A DNA stretch of 63,278 bases, the filler included, from Octopus bimaculoides (taxonomy: Eukaryota), in assembly GCF_001194135.2 (NCBI RefSeq). It is 3 parts of 3 records of this genome, joined end to end, with 100 filler letters (N's around TTAATTAATTAA, not from the genome) between each part and the next. Parts side by side here need not be neighbours in the genome. Positions count along the whole stretch, not along the records: positions 29,967 to 61,413 come from NC_068987.1; positions 61,514 to 63,278 come from NW_026337878.1; 1 more part is not named here. One strand, written 5' to 3'. This document shows, piece after piece, positions 49,961-63,247 of this stretch. The notes under the pieces are model-generated. The model did no database searches. It was not told where the DNA came from and saw only the letters and a list, made by a program, of their open reading frames with translations. How positions within the stretch are numbered: position 1 is the stretch's first letter; each line of letters opens with the position of its first letter. A program made the translations under genes and the position numbers.

Positions 49961-50812
49961 ATGGTTTTAGCTTCTGCTTCAAGCCAAAGTCACATGGGGG
50001 GCTGGCAGATGATGGAAGATGGTGAACACAACTATTCCATAGTCTTCAATTTCGAGAAGCTCTTTGATGAACCCTCTTTCATGGAGTACATGCTCAAAAA
50101 TTGGACCAATTGCTTTATTTATTCAGTCATCTACATAGTTCTCATCTTTGGTGGACAGTGTTGGATGAAAGCCAGAAACAGATTCGACCTCCGGCCTGCT
50201 TTAGCTGTGTGGAGTGGAACATTGGCTCTGTTCAGCATTGCAGGTGCCATACGTACATTGCCGGAGCTGATTTCAACAATCCGAAACCGTAGCCTACAAT
50301 ATTCCATCTGTGTACCAACATACTTCCGTGGTGTAACTAGCTTCTGGGCATATATGTTCACTGTATCGAAGGTGTTTGAGCTGGGTGATACACTGTTTAT
50401 AGTCCTCCGGAAGCAGCAGTTGATATTCCTGCACTGGTACCATCACATTGCCACATTGATCTACGTCTGGTATAGCTACACTGACCATACAGCCCCTGGA
50501 CGATGGTTCATGGTTATGAACTATATTGTGCATTCTATCATGTATACATACTATGCTTTGCGAGCAATGCGCATCTATCTTCCAGTGGTGGTTAACATGA
50601 CTGTCACATCCCTGCAGATTTTACAAATGGTCGTTGGTTGCCTCATAAACTACTGGTCATTCCAAATCAAAACACGAGGGGAGTACTGCAACCAGAGTTA
50701 CGATAATATAAAATACTCAACTCTTATGTATTGTAGTTATTTCTTCCTCTTTGCTCATTTTTTCTACAATGCATATATTAGGAAACAGAAGCTTTTGAAA
50801 AAGGTTTCTTGA
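49961..50812 (+). CDS. ELOVL6: Elongation of very long chain fatty acids protein, ELOVL6/ELOVL3 (baldspot-like) type, 283 aa, uninterrupted CDS
   Basis: All ELO motifs present: SKVFELGDT (KxxExxDT), FLHWYHH (HxxHH), NYIVHSIMYTYY, TSLQILQ; multiple hydrophobic segments; C-terminal KKVS dilysine ER signal; good start context ATCATGG. Exact orthology (6 versus 3 or a lineage-specific paralogue) not testable here. Confidence 0.95.
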   Translation: MVLASASSQSHMGGWQMMEDGEHNYSIVFNFEKLFDEPSFMEYMLKNWTNCFIYSVIYIVLIFGGQCWMKARNRFDLRPALAVWSGTLALFSIAGAIRTLPELISTIRNRSLQYSICVPTYFRGVTSFWAYMFTVSKVFELGDTLFIVLRKQQLIFLHWYHHIATLIYVWYSYTDHTAPGRWFMVMNYIVHSIMYTYYALRAMRIYLPVVVNMTVTSLQILQMVVGCLINYWSFQIKTRGEYCNQSYDNIKYSTLMYCSYFFLFAHFFYNAYIRKQKLLKKVS

Positions 50813-51384
50813 AAAAAATGAACGTCAGCTCCATCAACACATTTTTCTGAGCATCTTTAAAAAAAATAATAATTAGAATAATAAACTCAGAAAGAACACT
50901 CCTCACCAGTGTGTGTGTGTATATGTGTGTGTATGCAGGTGGGGGTTGTGTGGTTGAGGTGAGGAGTGAAAAGGATAAGTTAAAAGAAAAAAGAAGGGGA
51001 AACTATAACAAGAAGAAAAAATCCAGAACAAATTGAATTCATGATTTACTCAGCCAAGAAGCAAACAAGTTTATTAACAGCAAAATAATAGACATGCAAG
51101 AGAACTTTGCTAAAATTGACGAAGATGGAAATAATAATTTTGACATTACTTCATCAGCTCTTACAATGAAATCCATTTTTGTTTCTGTCTATCTCTCTCT
51201 TTTTTGTTTTGTTTCTTCCACCTCATATTATTTAAAATTATTTTAATCATATGAAGAATTAAATTTTCTGTTACCTTTAAATATATAAAAACAAAGAAAA
51301 CAATTTCTTTTATTTGAAATGATTTTTTTAAAGACATTATTAAAGATTATGTTGTTTGTTTTAAAGATATATATTCACACACAC

Positions 51385-51422
<38 letters not shown>

Positions 51423-51996
51423 TTTCATGCACACACAGATGGATATATGTGTATGCATTTATACATGTATATACTTACACACACTCACACTCACATATAT
51501 ATGTTTATATATGTATGTGTGTATATATATATATATACATATATGTATGTATATATGTATGTATGTATATATACCTATATATGGCTATGTGTATATATGT
51601 ATATATATATATAGACATATATATAGATGTTTGTATATATAGATACATATATATAGATGTTTATATATATATATAGATAAATTTATATATATATATATAT
51701 ATATAACATATACATATTTTTTGATATAGTCAAGTGCCTCCGGTACTGACCTTAGCTCTATGTCACTGGAGCACCTAATAAAAAGCAGGTAGTACTTCTC
51801 CTTCGCAGTTGAATACTTTGCAATAGGAATGACTCCAGTGTATAAAAAGTCTTGCAGCATTATTCATTTCCATGCTTTGCAGGGAGATAAGGATGCAAAA
51901 TGTCTGTCTCTTTGCATATATGTATTCTTTTGTAATATACATATCTGCATATGTGTGTGTGTTTGTGTGCATGCAAATGTATGTGTATACATACAG

Positions 51997-52043
<47 letters not shown>

Positions 52044-52219
52044 GTGATACATGTGTAATATGTAACTTCAAATTTGGTGGAAGTGAGTCTGAATTATTAT
52101 CAGGGTAGAGGATTGGCAGGGGCGATAAGAGCCAGACAAAATATCTCACAGTATTTAGTTTAATACCATTTATCTTCTTAGTTCAAAACTTTACCTTTGA
52201 TCTTTCTGGTTGCAGTTTA

Positions 52220-52265
52220 ATCAAGTAACTCCTCTCCTCAAATTTGGCTTGTGCCTATACTAGAA

Positions 52266-52297
<32 letters not shown>

Positions 52298-53460
52298 GGC
52301 GGCAAGCTGGCTGGCATTTCAGCAGTCTTTACGTTCTGAATTCAAATTCTACAGAGGTGGGCTTTGCCTTTCATTCTTTCAAGGTTGATAAAATAAGTCC
52401 CAGTTGAACACTGGAGTTAATGTAATTAACTTACCTCTTCCCTCAAAATTACTGGCCTTGTGCCAAAGTTTGAAACTATTATTATTATCATTATTATTAT
52501 TATTAGTAGTAGTAGTAGTATTAGTTGTAGTAGTAGTAGTAGTAGTAGTAGTAAGGTGGTGAGATGGCAGAATTGTTAGCCTGTTTGACAAAATGCTTAA
52601 CGACCTTTCTTCCAGCTTTACATTCTGTGATCAAATGCTACTGAGGTCGATTTTGTGTTTTTATCCTTTTGGGTGTTGATAAAATAAATACTGCAGAGCA
52701 CTGGGATTGATGAAAAAATAGTGTCATACATAGTAGAGTTCATGTTGTGCTGGAGATGATTTTGTTTTTTATCCCTCTAGATCTGATAACTATTGAAGTT
52801 GATTTAATCAGTTATAATCTTGCCTAGAAATTTGTTGTGTTGTATCAACATTGATTATTATTCAGTAGAGTAACTGACTGAATACTTTGCTGTTTTTAAT
52901 TATGTCTCTCTGCATTTTGAGTTTAAATTCCTCTGGGGTGAGCTTCACACTTCATCCCACTGAGCTTGATAAAATAAAGAATTAGTAAGGTAGTTGCATT
53001 TAACTAAATTATTAATGATACCTTCTTCTAGAATTTGTTGTGTTTGAATATTATTATCAGTAAGTTGGCAAGCTGACAGAATTGTTAGCACATCAGATAA
53101 AATGCTTAGCAGTATTTTGTCTGTCTTTACGTTCCGAGTTCAAATTCTGCCAAGTTCAGCTTTACTTTCCATCTTTTTGGGGTCAATAAAATAAGTATCA
53201 GTCAAACACTAGCATCAGTGTAATTGACTGTTCCCCATCCCCAAAATTTCAGGCCTTATGCCTATAGAAGACAATTATTATAGTTATTAATGTGGCAAGC
53301 TGCAGAATTATTTGTGTATCATAAAAATGCCTTGCAGTATTTGTTCCAGCTACTTTATGTTCTGAGTTTGAATTCTGCTGGGGTCAATATAATCCTCTTG
53401 CATCCCCCCACTAAAATTGCTGGCCTTATGCCAAAATTGGAAAGAATTATTATTATTAAT
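52220..53460 (+). mobile_element. Array of at least six head-to-tail, old SINE-A copies
   Basis: Heads at about 52296, 52553, 53060 and 53290 plus partial copies at about 52220 and 52780-53050, separated by ATT/AGT microsatellite tails. Confidence 0.8.
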
Positions 53461-53787
53461 TTCATGAAGATCCAGTAGAAATTAAAAACCAAATTAAAAA
53501 ATCCAGATAAGCAACATCATAAAAATGCATGTTTGAGAGGAAAGCTGTCTCTTTCAACTTTGCAGTCTTTGGCATATATCTGTAAATCTTCCTGGGAAAT
53601 ATCTATATAATACATCTCCTGGGAATGATGTATTCTGATTTTCTGTCCCCACCTCACCCACTCCCTTAGTTGTTGATACAACCCTTTCATGTAGTTTTGG
53701 TTCTCCTGGTACATTATGATTTTGGTTTAATGTTCATGCATGCACATGCATATGCACGCACTTGTAAGTTTATTTCATGTATGATGG

Positions 53788-53838
<51 letters not shown>

Positions 53839-54062
53839 GCATGATAGGTACATATTTATATATATATGTGCATGNNNNNNNNNNNNNNNNNNNNNNNNNN
53901 NNNNNNNNNNNNNNNNNNNNNNNNNNNNNNNNNNNNNNNNNNNNNNNNNNNNNNNNNNNNNNNNNNNNNNNNNNNNNNNNNNNNNNNNNNNNNNNNNNNN
54001 NNNNNNNNNNNNNNNNNNNNNNNNNNNNNNNNNNNNNNNNNNNNNNNNNNNNNNNNNNNNNN

Positions 54063-54113
<51 letters not shown>

Positions 54114-55492
54114 CACATACATACATACATACATACATACATACATACATACATACATACTTTGTTTCTGTTACTTTTTTTTCACTTTTTTGTTTCCATC
54201 ATTACACATTAAAAGAAAATATTTTTTTAAATTTAATGAAAACAGTTTTTTGTTTGTTTATTATCATTTCTAGATTCTTTCCTTAACCCCATATTTTGTG
54301 AGAGCTAATTGTTTTTTTTTCAGTTATTTTGTACGTTAAGTTTTAGATGAGGTTGAGAAAGAGAGAGAAAGTTGTGGAGTTTAAATCTAAATGAGAGAAC
54401 TGTTAAGACATTAGTGTTAATTTGCTTTCTGTTGACTTTGAAGTAAAAAGTTTGAAAATTTCCACTTAATTTTGAGGTATATATATGTTAGCTGAAGACT
54501 ACGAAATGTATGTCATTGCATTCATGTGATGTTTTATGTTCTATCTTCCTATCACATGAAAGATGGATAGCATATGGTAGGCTTACAAAAAGAGAACCTG
54601 TTAAGGATAACTACATTAGCTATCACTGGTGATGATCATAGGTAGAAAAGACGAAGTACTCGAGGCTACCTTGGGTTGGGCAATGAATTGAACAAACACA
54701 TTGTTGTGTTCAGAAGGAGACATTTGATGATAGCAATGAAAGTTGACTCTAAGTCTATGCACAACCACAGACAGGTTACATAAATGACTGGGTCATATCT
54801 GAAACAGCATTGATCTTACTATTAATAGGCTATGGCAATAGAAAAGTTAGTGCAACAGATGGGTTAAAGCAACTGTAGGAATACTTATCACAGGTTTGCT
54901 CAGATGACTAGGTCTTTACCAAAGGCCAAAGTAGATAACTGTTTTAGAAGGGGCAACATGTCAGAATAAGTTCAGAGACAGGTGTTAAACTGGCAGTAGG
55001 GAACCAATTCTATGTCCAAATTCTAACAGTTTCTTTTGTTTTCAAAATTCACTTGTCCACCTTCACTTGGTAACTGTTTTCCTACTCCGTCAACATCATC
55101 ATCTCTTTAAAAATATACCCCCCCCCCCAATACTAATTAGAAGGTAAGCCATAATAATTTTTATTATACATAATCCACTTAGGGTTTTAATCCAGGCATC
55201 CTTAACACAGCCACAAACATAATCCCTAACTCCATAACAGTTGTGTTGCCCCCTTGTATTAGTATTGAATCATTGTTTCCCTTTTGTTTCATATAGACTG
55301 GACTGGTTTTGTTCCTGTAACACCAAAACAGAGTTAGCAACAGTACCACTACTGACTTAGTTAGTTCCTGTCATTATCAATAAATCTATCATTGGTAAAT
55401 CTGCAGTAAATAAAAGAAAATTACAAGATTTTGTTGTTCTGTAGAGTTTTATAGAGATTTTCATATACACAGAGTGTTAGTGCATGAAATTT

Positions 55493-55524
<32 letters not shown>

Positions 55525-55776
55525 GCGCGCGCACTCATAAATGTATATATGTTCTTTTATTCTTTTATTCTTTTATTTGTTTCAATCATGGACACAATAT
55601 AGAAAGCAAGTCCTATCAGTAAACCCGGTGGGGACCAACTTGTCTATGGACCTTTTTTGGGTGCGAGGGTGTTGCATGTGTGTGTGTGGGTGTGTACATT
55701 CCTCCATGGCTAGATTTAATTTGCGTATACNNNNNNNNNNCACATACCTGTACGTATATATGCATATACTCATTTA

Positions 55777-55811
<35 letters not shown>

Positions 55812-55879
55812 ACGAATGTGTGGGTGAGCATGTGTGTGTTTCAAGCGAGGGTGGTTGCGTATACACATATAGGCGCATG

Positions 55880-56120
55880 TACGGATTGGTGCACTTAGGC
55901 GAATACTATGGACTTTTCTACTCCCTTACCTTTACCCCCTCCCCTTACTTAGCGGTCTATAGCTCCTTTGTCTTAATAACGGTCAACCACACAGTAATTC
56001 CCCTTTGTTTAACAGTCATTTTTCACAGGAATTTTAAATGGCCAGATAACTGAAGAGATGGCGGCGTGGGTTTCCGCCCCGGCATCCGAAACTCGGAGTA
56101 TTATCATGGCTACCGAATAA
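55880..56120. promoter_or_regulatory. CpG-rich islet, candidate promoter or first exon
   Basis: Dense CpG between two depleted domains; GAGATGGCGGCG (YY1-like) at 56055-66; TTTCCGCCCC GC-box-like at 56071-80; minus-strand donor AAG|GTAAGG at 55930/55929. Confidence 0.35.
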
Positions 56121-56557
56121 GTGTCACATATTTTTACAGATATATATATATATATATATAATGTGCATATTGTTTTTTTATTGAAACTGAAACTGAGTTT
56201 GTCTTGCAACTCAAGATTCATACCACTGTGATCTTCAGGCAAGAACACATAGTGGTGTGAAACTTGAGTCACAAATTCAAACGTACACACACACTGTGCT
56301 TGCATTATACCTTTATATATATAGCATAATAACATATGTGCATAAATTATACTCATATATTTTATATGCGTATATGTTTGAAGGCATGGCCATGTGATTA
56401 AGTCTGCTTAGCAGTTATAGGTGTAATCCTACTGTGCAACACCTTGAGCATGTGTCCTATACTATAGCTTTGGATTGATGAATGCCTTATAAGTGAAATT
56501 ATAAGTAGATGGAAACTAGAGATAATCTCCATTGTGTGTGTGTGTGTACTTACATAT

Positions 56558-57130
56558 GTCATCATCATTTAATGTTAGTTTTCCATGTGGGTATGAATTG
56601 GATTGTTTGACAGGATACAACAAACTAGAGGACTGTCATGCTCCAGTGTCTGCTTTGGTATAGTTTCTATAATTGCTTGTCCTTCCTAATGCCAACCACT
56701 TTATAGAGTGTATATACATACACATATATATATATTATCATCATCATCATTTAACATGTTTTCTGTGCTGGATGATTTGAGAGGTACTGGTGAGACCAGG
56801 GGCTGCACTAGGTTCCATAGTTTGTTTTGGCTTGGTTTCTACAGCTGGATACCCTTCCTAATGCCAATCACTTTACTGAGTGTACTGGGTGTTTTTTGTG
56901 TGACAACAGCACTCACACCAATGCTTTTCACGTGGCACCTTGGTTTTAAGATATCATTCTGTTGTGGTGAGCAGGTCTTCTTAAGTTCAGCAATGTGCCA
57001 TACACCTCAGTCCTCTGTCTACTTCATAGAGCTCAACATTATGAGATCAGCCTTCAATACTTCATCCCATGTCTTCCTGGATCTACCTCTTTCACAACTT
57101 CCCTCCACTTTTAAGTGATTGGCAACTTTG
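56558..57130 (-). mobile_element. Two RTE 3' ends in tandem (about 56558-56710 and 56737-57130)
   Basis: (CAT)n tails and CCTTCCTAATGCCAA block; the second retains VEGSCERGRSRKTWDEVLKADL. Confidence 0.8.
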
Positions 57131-58559
57131 TACTTATTCTATGTGAATTATGACCCTTTTATGATGAAGGACAACTTAGCCATTTGACAAATAGAGATTG
57201 ATAAAATAAGTCATAGATTAAGCTTTATAGTCTCCATTACTGACAAAATGTCTTTGAGATCATGTCCTAGCATTGTTGCAATCCAAAGGCAGCAACCAGT
57301 AAAGGAATATATATACACAAATATATATTGATATATACACATACACTTTTTATGTAGATATCCCATTTGTGTTTTATCTGTTGAAATCTCTCTCTCTCTC
57401 ATAACAAACCCTTATGTTATCATATTTCTGTTGAAATACAGACCCCTTTTCCTTACCAAGTAGGTGTATTGAACATAAATTAGCATGAGATTTTAATTTA
57501 AATCAATTTGAAATAGGAAGTTTGTATTGAGAAAATAGGGGTTGTCTCAGACAGGTTAGGAGAAAAAGGGTAAATTATAGTTTTCTTTGTTGTAATTAGA
57601 ATGATGGGTGGGTAGTGCAAACAGACAAAATACCTTGTGGAATTACATTCCAAGTTCAAATTCTGCCATGGTTGATAAAGTATCTGTCATTTGATGAAGG
57701 TCAATTTAATTAACTGCACCCATTTCAAAACTTGTGGCCTTGTGCCAATATTAGAAACCAATATTTTCTATAAATTCTTGTTTTTTTTTTTTTGTGGGTG
57801 TATATTATACTACAAACTTAATGAAACACTTTCAATAAATGTGCTTCATATATTTGGGGTAAATGATTACGTCAGGGTTGTTGTTTTTCACCCTGAATTC
57901 ACATAAAGAAATGTTCCTCCTTTGCTCTAAAGCCAATCTCATTGCCATTTTAGTTGAGCCTCCCATGATGACAAATAAAAATTTATTGTAAATATTAAAA
58001 GAATTTGGAATCACACTTTACAAATGCATTGTGGTGTGTAGACATTTATGTAACTACAGATGTTTGTGTGTGTGTGTTTACAAAAACAAAATAAATTACG
58101 GTGTTGATTTGCTGCTATGAATAAAAATTCCAGTGTTTCAGAGAAAGAATATAAAAGCTAATGCTATATTCAGAGAATAGAAAACTAAAAGAGTAATGTG
58201 GAGTGTTAGGTGTAGGGAGAGAACAGTATGAGTTGTGTGGAAAAGAATAATGGGGGTAGTGAAGGCCAAGTGAAGTTAATTAAGGGAAAAGGTAGAGTGA
58301 CTGACCAAAAGACATATAGAATAAAGCAGGCACACATGCACAAAGAGATGGGGTAAAGGGAATGTGCACAAATTATCCGTTGAGCAGTAGGAGTTATATA
58401 TAAAAAATAGAACTTCAGTATATCAGAATGCAAGAAAATACAAGACAGAAATAAACATAGGACACTGTCTATAAGAACAACACTTATACCATGCTGTGTG
58501 TGTGTGCAAAAATAATATAACTAGACACAAACTTTACCAAATTGCTAGTCATATGTGAT

Positions 58560-59000
58560 CACTCATCACATTAGTACATTCTGTAATCACTTTACCTAGG
58601 AACTTAACCACATCTTTGTTTGCTTCTTGGCAGGAATGTCCATCAAATTTCATATGTATGGTAGATGAAATTTAGATGTGCTGAGACCAGTTGATGGCTT
58701 TCTTCTACAACAGGGTACTGTTTCACAAACCTCAAATGTTAAACAGGACATTTAATTTAGGACTGTATAATTCTTTGAACCTGTTCTTATAAATATCACC
58801 AGGATCTTTGATAATTCCTATTTCTATAGGAGACTGGCTTGAAGACAGTATTATCTGGATAGCCTATAAAGATAGAGTTGTAGGGGATCAATGTGCTGAT
58901 ATTTAATGGGGAAGAAGCCGTCTGTAAAATTAGGACCACTGGTTCTACCAGAAGCTTCCCAGAGATAAGTTTTCATGCCTACTAAAGCTTAATCTCTACC
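58560..59000 (-). mobile_element. Highly decayed non-LTR reverse-transcriptase fragment
   Basis: SPLNI..GYPDNTVF (YADD-like) followed downstream by VVKFLGKVI; many stops, weak support. Confidence 0.3.
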
Positions 59001-60613
59001 ACAGTTTACAAGCTCATCTCCTCTTCTTTACTTTCTCTTATGGCCGCCAACTTTGTCCTCAAAAATTTCTTCACTTCTATTTACTACCCCAAACTCCCAA
59101 GCCCAGCACTATCAGTCATCTCATCATGTGTGCTTGAAGCTACTCCATCCAACTTATTTTCCCTTTTGTTATTACTCTCCCATCTCTTATTAAGGTTGTT
59201 CTCTGAAGGACAAGTATCTGAATATCAACTTTCTTATGAAATTACTTTTGACAGTACAGACCATTCACAGTTTGTGGTCTGTATTGACAAAAAAGAGAAA
59301 TCATTGAATTCAAGATTCTCCAATATATGTGTGTGTGTGTGTTTATTTGTGTAAAATAAACAGGGATTACATAGCTGGACCATAGATCAGGAATTCAGTT
59401 GACCATTCATGAAACAAGTTGGAATGATTTTTTTAAATGTAATTCTTCAGTTGGTATGCAATAAGTGGAAAGTCATCTTTGGAATTCCCAAGGAAGAATT
59501 TGTGTTTGTGCATACATTGACAAGATAACTCAAGTAAAATTCGACTTGCAGAAACTATGGAAGCCTGTTGGTGGGACTTTGGACAGTACTTGTAATTCAA
59601 AGGGCAAACTATGTCATGCAGTGTCACACTGATTCTATTTGAGAATTTTATAATGGGAATACATGCCTATGGTATACTTGGCCACTAACACTATAAGTCA
59701 ATGAATAGGTATTTCAGTAGATAGAATGACTAGAATACTCATTCATTGAGTCCAAGGGAAACCCAATTAATATTTATGTGCGTGTGTATGTGTGTGTGTA
59801 TATACACACACACACGCACACATCATATCGATATGGGATTGATTCCAAAAGAAACTGATCCTTGCATAAGTTTTCTGTTGACATATTCTCTATATGTAAT
59901 TCAAAGTAGATATATCTATTAAATTCTTCTATGTCTGACCTGTACGCATCTTATGCACTGCAGACAAACATCTTTAAAAATTTGCCAGTGCAGTCTGATA
60001 CCTAATATCTCTTAAAATAAATGAAATGTATAGAAATAAATAGTTTCATATTTGTCTGCCAGAATATTCAGTGACACTGAGTTTTGGAGGTTTTTCCAGN
60101 NNNNNNNNNNNNNNNNNNNNNNNNNNNNNNNNNNNNNNNNNNNNNNNNNNNNNNNNNNNNNNNNNNNNNNNNNNNNNNNNNNNNNNNNNNNNNNNNNNNN
60201 NNNNNNNNNNNNNNNNNNNNNNNNNNNNNNNNNNNNNNNNNNNNNNNNNNNNNNNNNNNNNNNNNNNNNNNNNNNNNNNNNNNNNNNNNNNNNNNNNNNN
60301 NNNNNNNNNNNNNNNNNNNNNNNNNNNNNNNNNNNNNNNNNNNNNNNNNNNNNNNNNNNNNNNNNNNNNNNNNNNNNNNNNNNNNNNNNNNNNNNNNNNN
60401 NNNNNNNNNNNNNNNNNNNNNNNNNNNNNNNNNNNNNNNNNNNNNNNNNNNNNNNNNNNNNNNNNNNNNNNNNNNNNNNNNNNNNNNNNNNNNNNNNNNN
60501 NNNNNNNNNNNNNNNNNNNNNNNNNNNNNNNNNNNNNNNNNNNNNNNNNNNNNNNNNNNNNNNNNNNNNNNNNNNNNNNNNNNNNNNNNNNNNNNNNNNN
60601 NNNNNTATATATA

Positions 60614-60651
<38 letters not shown>

Positions 60652-61272
60652 CACACACACACATATATATATATATGCAAATATATAAATATACATATAT
60701 ACATATATATATATATATACACATATGTATATACACACACACACATATATATGCACACACACATATATATACACAAATATACATATATATATACATATAT
60801 ATGTATACATACATATATATAAACATATATATATATATAAACATATATAAACATATATATATATATATATATAAACATATCTAAACATACATATATATAT
60901 ATATGTATATATATATATATTGTGTCAACTGCACGACAACCAGTGTTTTCAAAGTGATATGGTCATATATACGGATATATATATATGTACACACATATAT
61001 ATACATATATACATATACATATATACATAAGTATATATACATATATAGATATATATATATATACATATATACATATATATATGCAGACACATATCTATGT
61101 ATATATGTGACACGAACTCACACCTCTATGATTACGCGTCGCGGTGCTCTTAGATCGATTAAGCTAAACTGCCCACACCACACACTTCTCTGCAAATTTA
61201 AGATGTATAGTAATCTCATTTTATGAGACGCTATTATATGTTAAATTCAAATTACGATAAACGTAAATACAA

Positions 61273-61307
61273 AAGTGTTGGCGGCCAACTGCTGGCCGCC
61301 AACACTT
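61273..61307. repeat. Perfect 15-bp inverted repeat with 5-nt loop
   Basis: AAGTGTTGGCGGCCA-ACTGC-TGGCCGCCAACACTT. Confidence 0.92.
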
Positions 61308-61457
61308 ATTTCTGCAAATTGAGGGTAGCTTATCCTGTTCAGGCCATATTATTAGCATTATCCTGCGTTTGAGAATTTAAAAATCACTTCTTTAACTTTC
61401 TAAGACATTTCAANNNNNNNNNNNNNNNNNNNNNNNNNNNNNNNNNNNNNNNNNNNN

Positions 61458-61469
61458 TTAATTAATTAA
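61458..61469. other. Artificial scaffold-join linker in a 100-bp gap
   Basis: 44 N + TTAATTAATTAA + 44 N. Confidence 0.92.
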
Positions 61470-61535
61470 NNNNNNNNNNNNNNNNNNNNNNNNNNNNNNN
61501 NNNNNNNNNNNNNTATATATATATATATATAAATA

Positions 61536-61696
61536 CGACAAGCTTCTTTCAGTTTCTATGAAATCCACTCACAAGTCTTTGGTCTGCCCAAGGCTATAGC
61601 AGACGACACTTACCTCAGGTGCCACACAATGCGACTGAACCTGGCACCACGTGGCTGGGAAGCAAGCTTCTTACCACACAGCCACTCCTGTGCCTG
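61536..61696 (-). mobile_element. SINE-C 5' half
   Basis: Same family as 29984-30140, also running into (TA)n at a linker gap. Confidence 0.82.
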
Positions 61697-62499
61697 TTTG
61701 ACTTATTTACATAAAATAGTAACAATTAATTAGTCTAAGGATTAATGACTCTCTGAGAAATTCAGTCTGTTGTTTCTCATGTTAAACAATATTATTCAGT
61801 TTTGTTCTATAGGAAGAGAATATANNNNNNNNNNNNNNNNNNNNNNNNNNNNNNNNNNNNNNNNNNNNNNNNNNNNNNNNNNNNNNNAAGAGAATATAAT
61901 TTGGTTCCTAATCATCATCCTTCCCATTATCACTTCCCCCTCCCCCCTCATCATCATTATCATCATCATCATTGTCGTCACCATTTAACATCCATTTTCC
62001 CATGCTGANNNNNNNNNNNNNNNNNNNNNNNNNNNNNNNNNNNNNNNNNNNNNNNNNNNNNNNNNNNNNNNNNNNNNNNNNNNNNNNNNNNNNNNNNNNN
62101 NNNNNNNNNNNNNNNNAGTGAGTGTATTGGATGCTTTTTATGTTGTTCCATCACTGGTGAAGTCCCTGAGTAATTGGGAGATGAAGTGGAGTGGAGTGTT
62201 GAAGTGCAGACAGACAGGAGTGAGTGTCTTGTTGAAGAGGTAAANNNNNNNNNNNNNNNNNNNNNNNNNNNNNNNNNNNNNNNNNNNNNNNNNNNNNNNN
62301 NNNNNNNNNNNNNNNNNNNNNNNNNNNNNNNNNNNNNNNNNNNNNNNNNNNNNNNNNNNNNNNNNNNNNNNNNNNNNNNNNNNNNNNNNNNNNNNNNNNN
62401 NNNNNNNNNNNNNNNNNNNNNNNNNNNNNNNNNNNNNNNNNNNNNNNNNNNNNNNNNNNNNNNNNNNNNNNNNNNNNNNNNNNATATCTTTTCACTTAC

Positions 62500-62747
62500 C
62501 TTCAATTTTCTGAAGATCTTTGTCATATATATTGAAATCCAGTGCGTACCTCTTGTATTTCGTCAATATTTCCAATGGAGAATCCCCTGTTTTCTTTGTA
62601 CGCATCAGCATAAGATAGCTCAAAAGATACAAATCATCTGACGAAAAGATATGGAAATTTGGATCACATTCAACAGTTACATTCTTGTAAGTTTTGTAAA
62701 ATGGGTAGGTTTTATAATATATCTCTTGTGCATTATTTTGACAGTAT
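62500..62747 (-). CDS. Internal coding exon (248 nt) of an unidentified minus-strand gene
   Basis: Acceptor TTGTGTTACAG|, donor GAAG|GTAAGT, one open frame (phase 2 in, phase 1 out): YCQNNAQEIYYKTYPFYKTYKNVTVECDPNFHIFSSDDLYLLSYLMLMRTKKTGDSPLEILTKYKRYALDFNIYDKDLQKIE. Confidence 0.72.
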
Positions 62748-63247
62748 CTGTAACACAACTATTAACTCTTTAGTATTTAAATTGGCCATATCTAATCAAA
62801 ATATCTCACCTGTTTTATTTTCAAATCACCCNNNNNNNNNNNNNNNNNNNNNNNNNNNNNNNNNNNNNNNNNNNNNNNNNNNNNNNNNNNNNNNNNNNNN
62901 NNNNNNNNNNNNNNNNNNNNNNNNNNNNNNNNNNNNNNNNNNNNNCCTTGTGATTAAGAAATGTGTCTTCTCACTATGTTTTGTATGTGATCTGCTAGGA
63001 TGTGTGCAATAGTAAATCTAAGTAAAATTGTGAGGAGAAAGAGCAAGATAATTGTTTAAAGAATAACCTGAGTCGATGAAATCTGCACCTGTAATGTAAG
63101 ATAATTGATTGTACTGCATCTCACCTATGATGTAGTGATGCATTTTTGTTTGTCTTTATAACTGACAAGATGCTGGAGCAAATTTCCTCAACATCCGAAA
63201 TTCGGAGTTTTAATATGGCAATCGAATGATTGTCACATATTATATTA

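Noticed and set aside
51730-53714. Protein-looking minus ORFs at 51585-51860 and 53517-53714, and a 24-nt micro-exon candidate near 51753
   Set aside because: No consistent splice-phase chain or recognisable domain; compatible with chance ORFs in ELOVL 3' flanking sequence.
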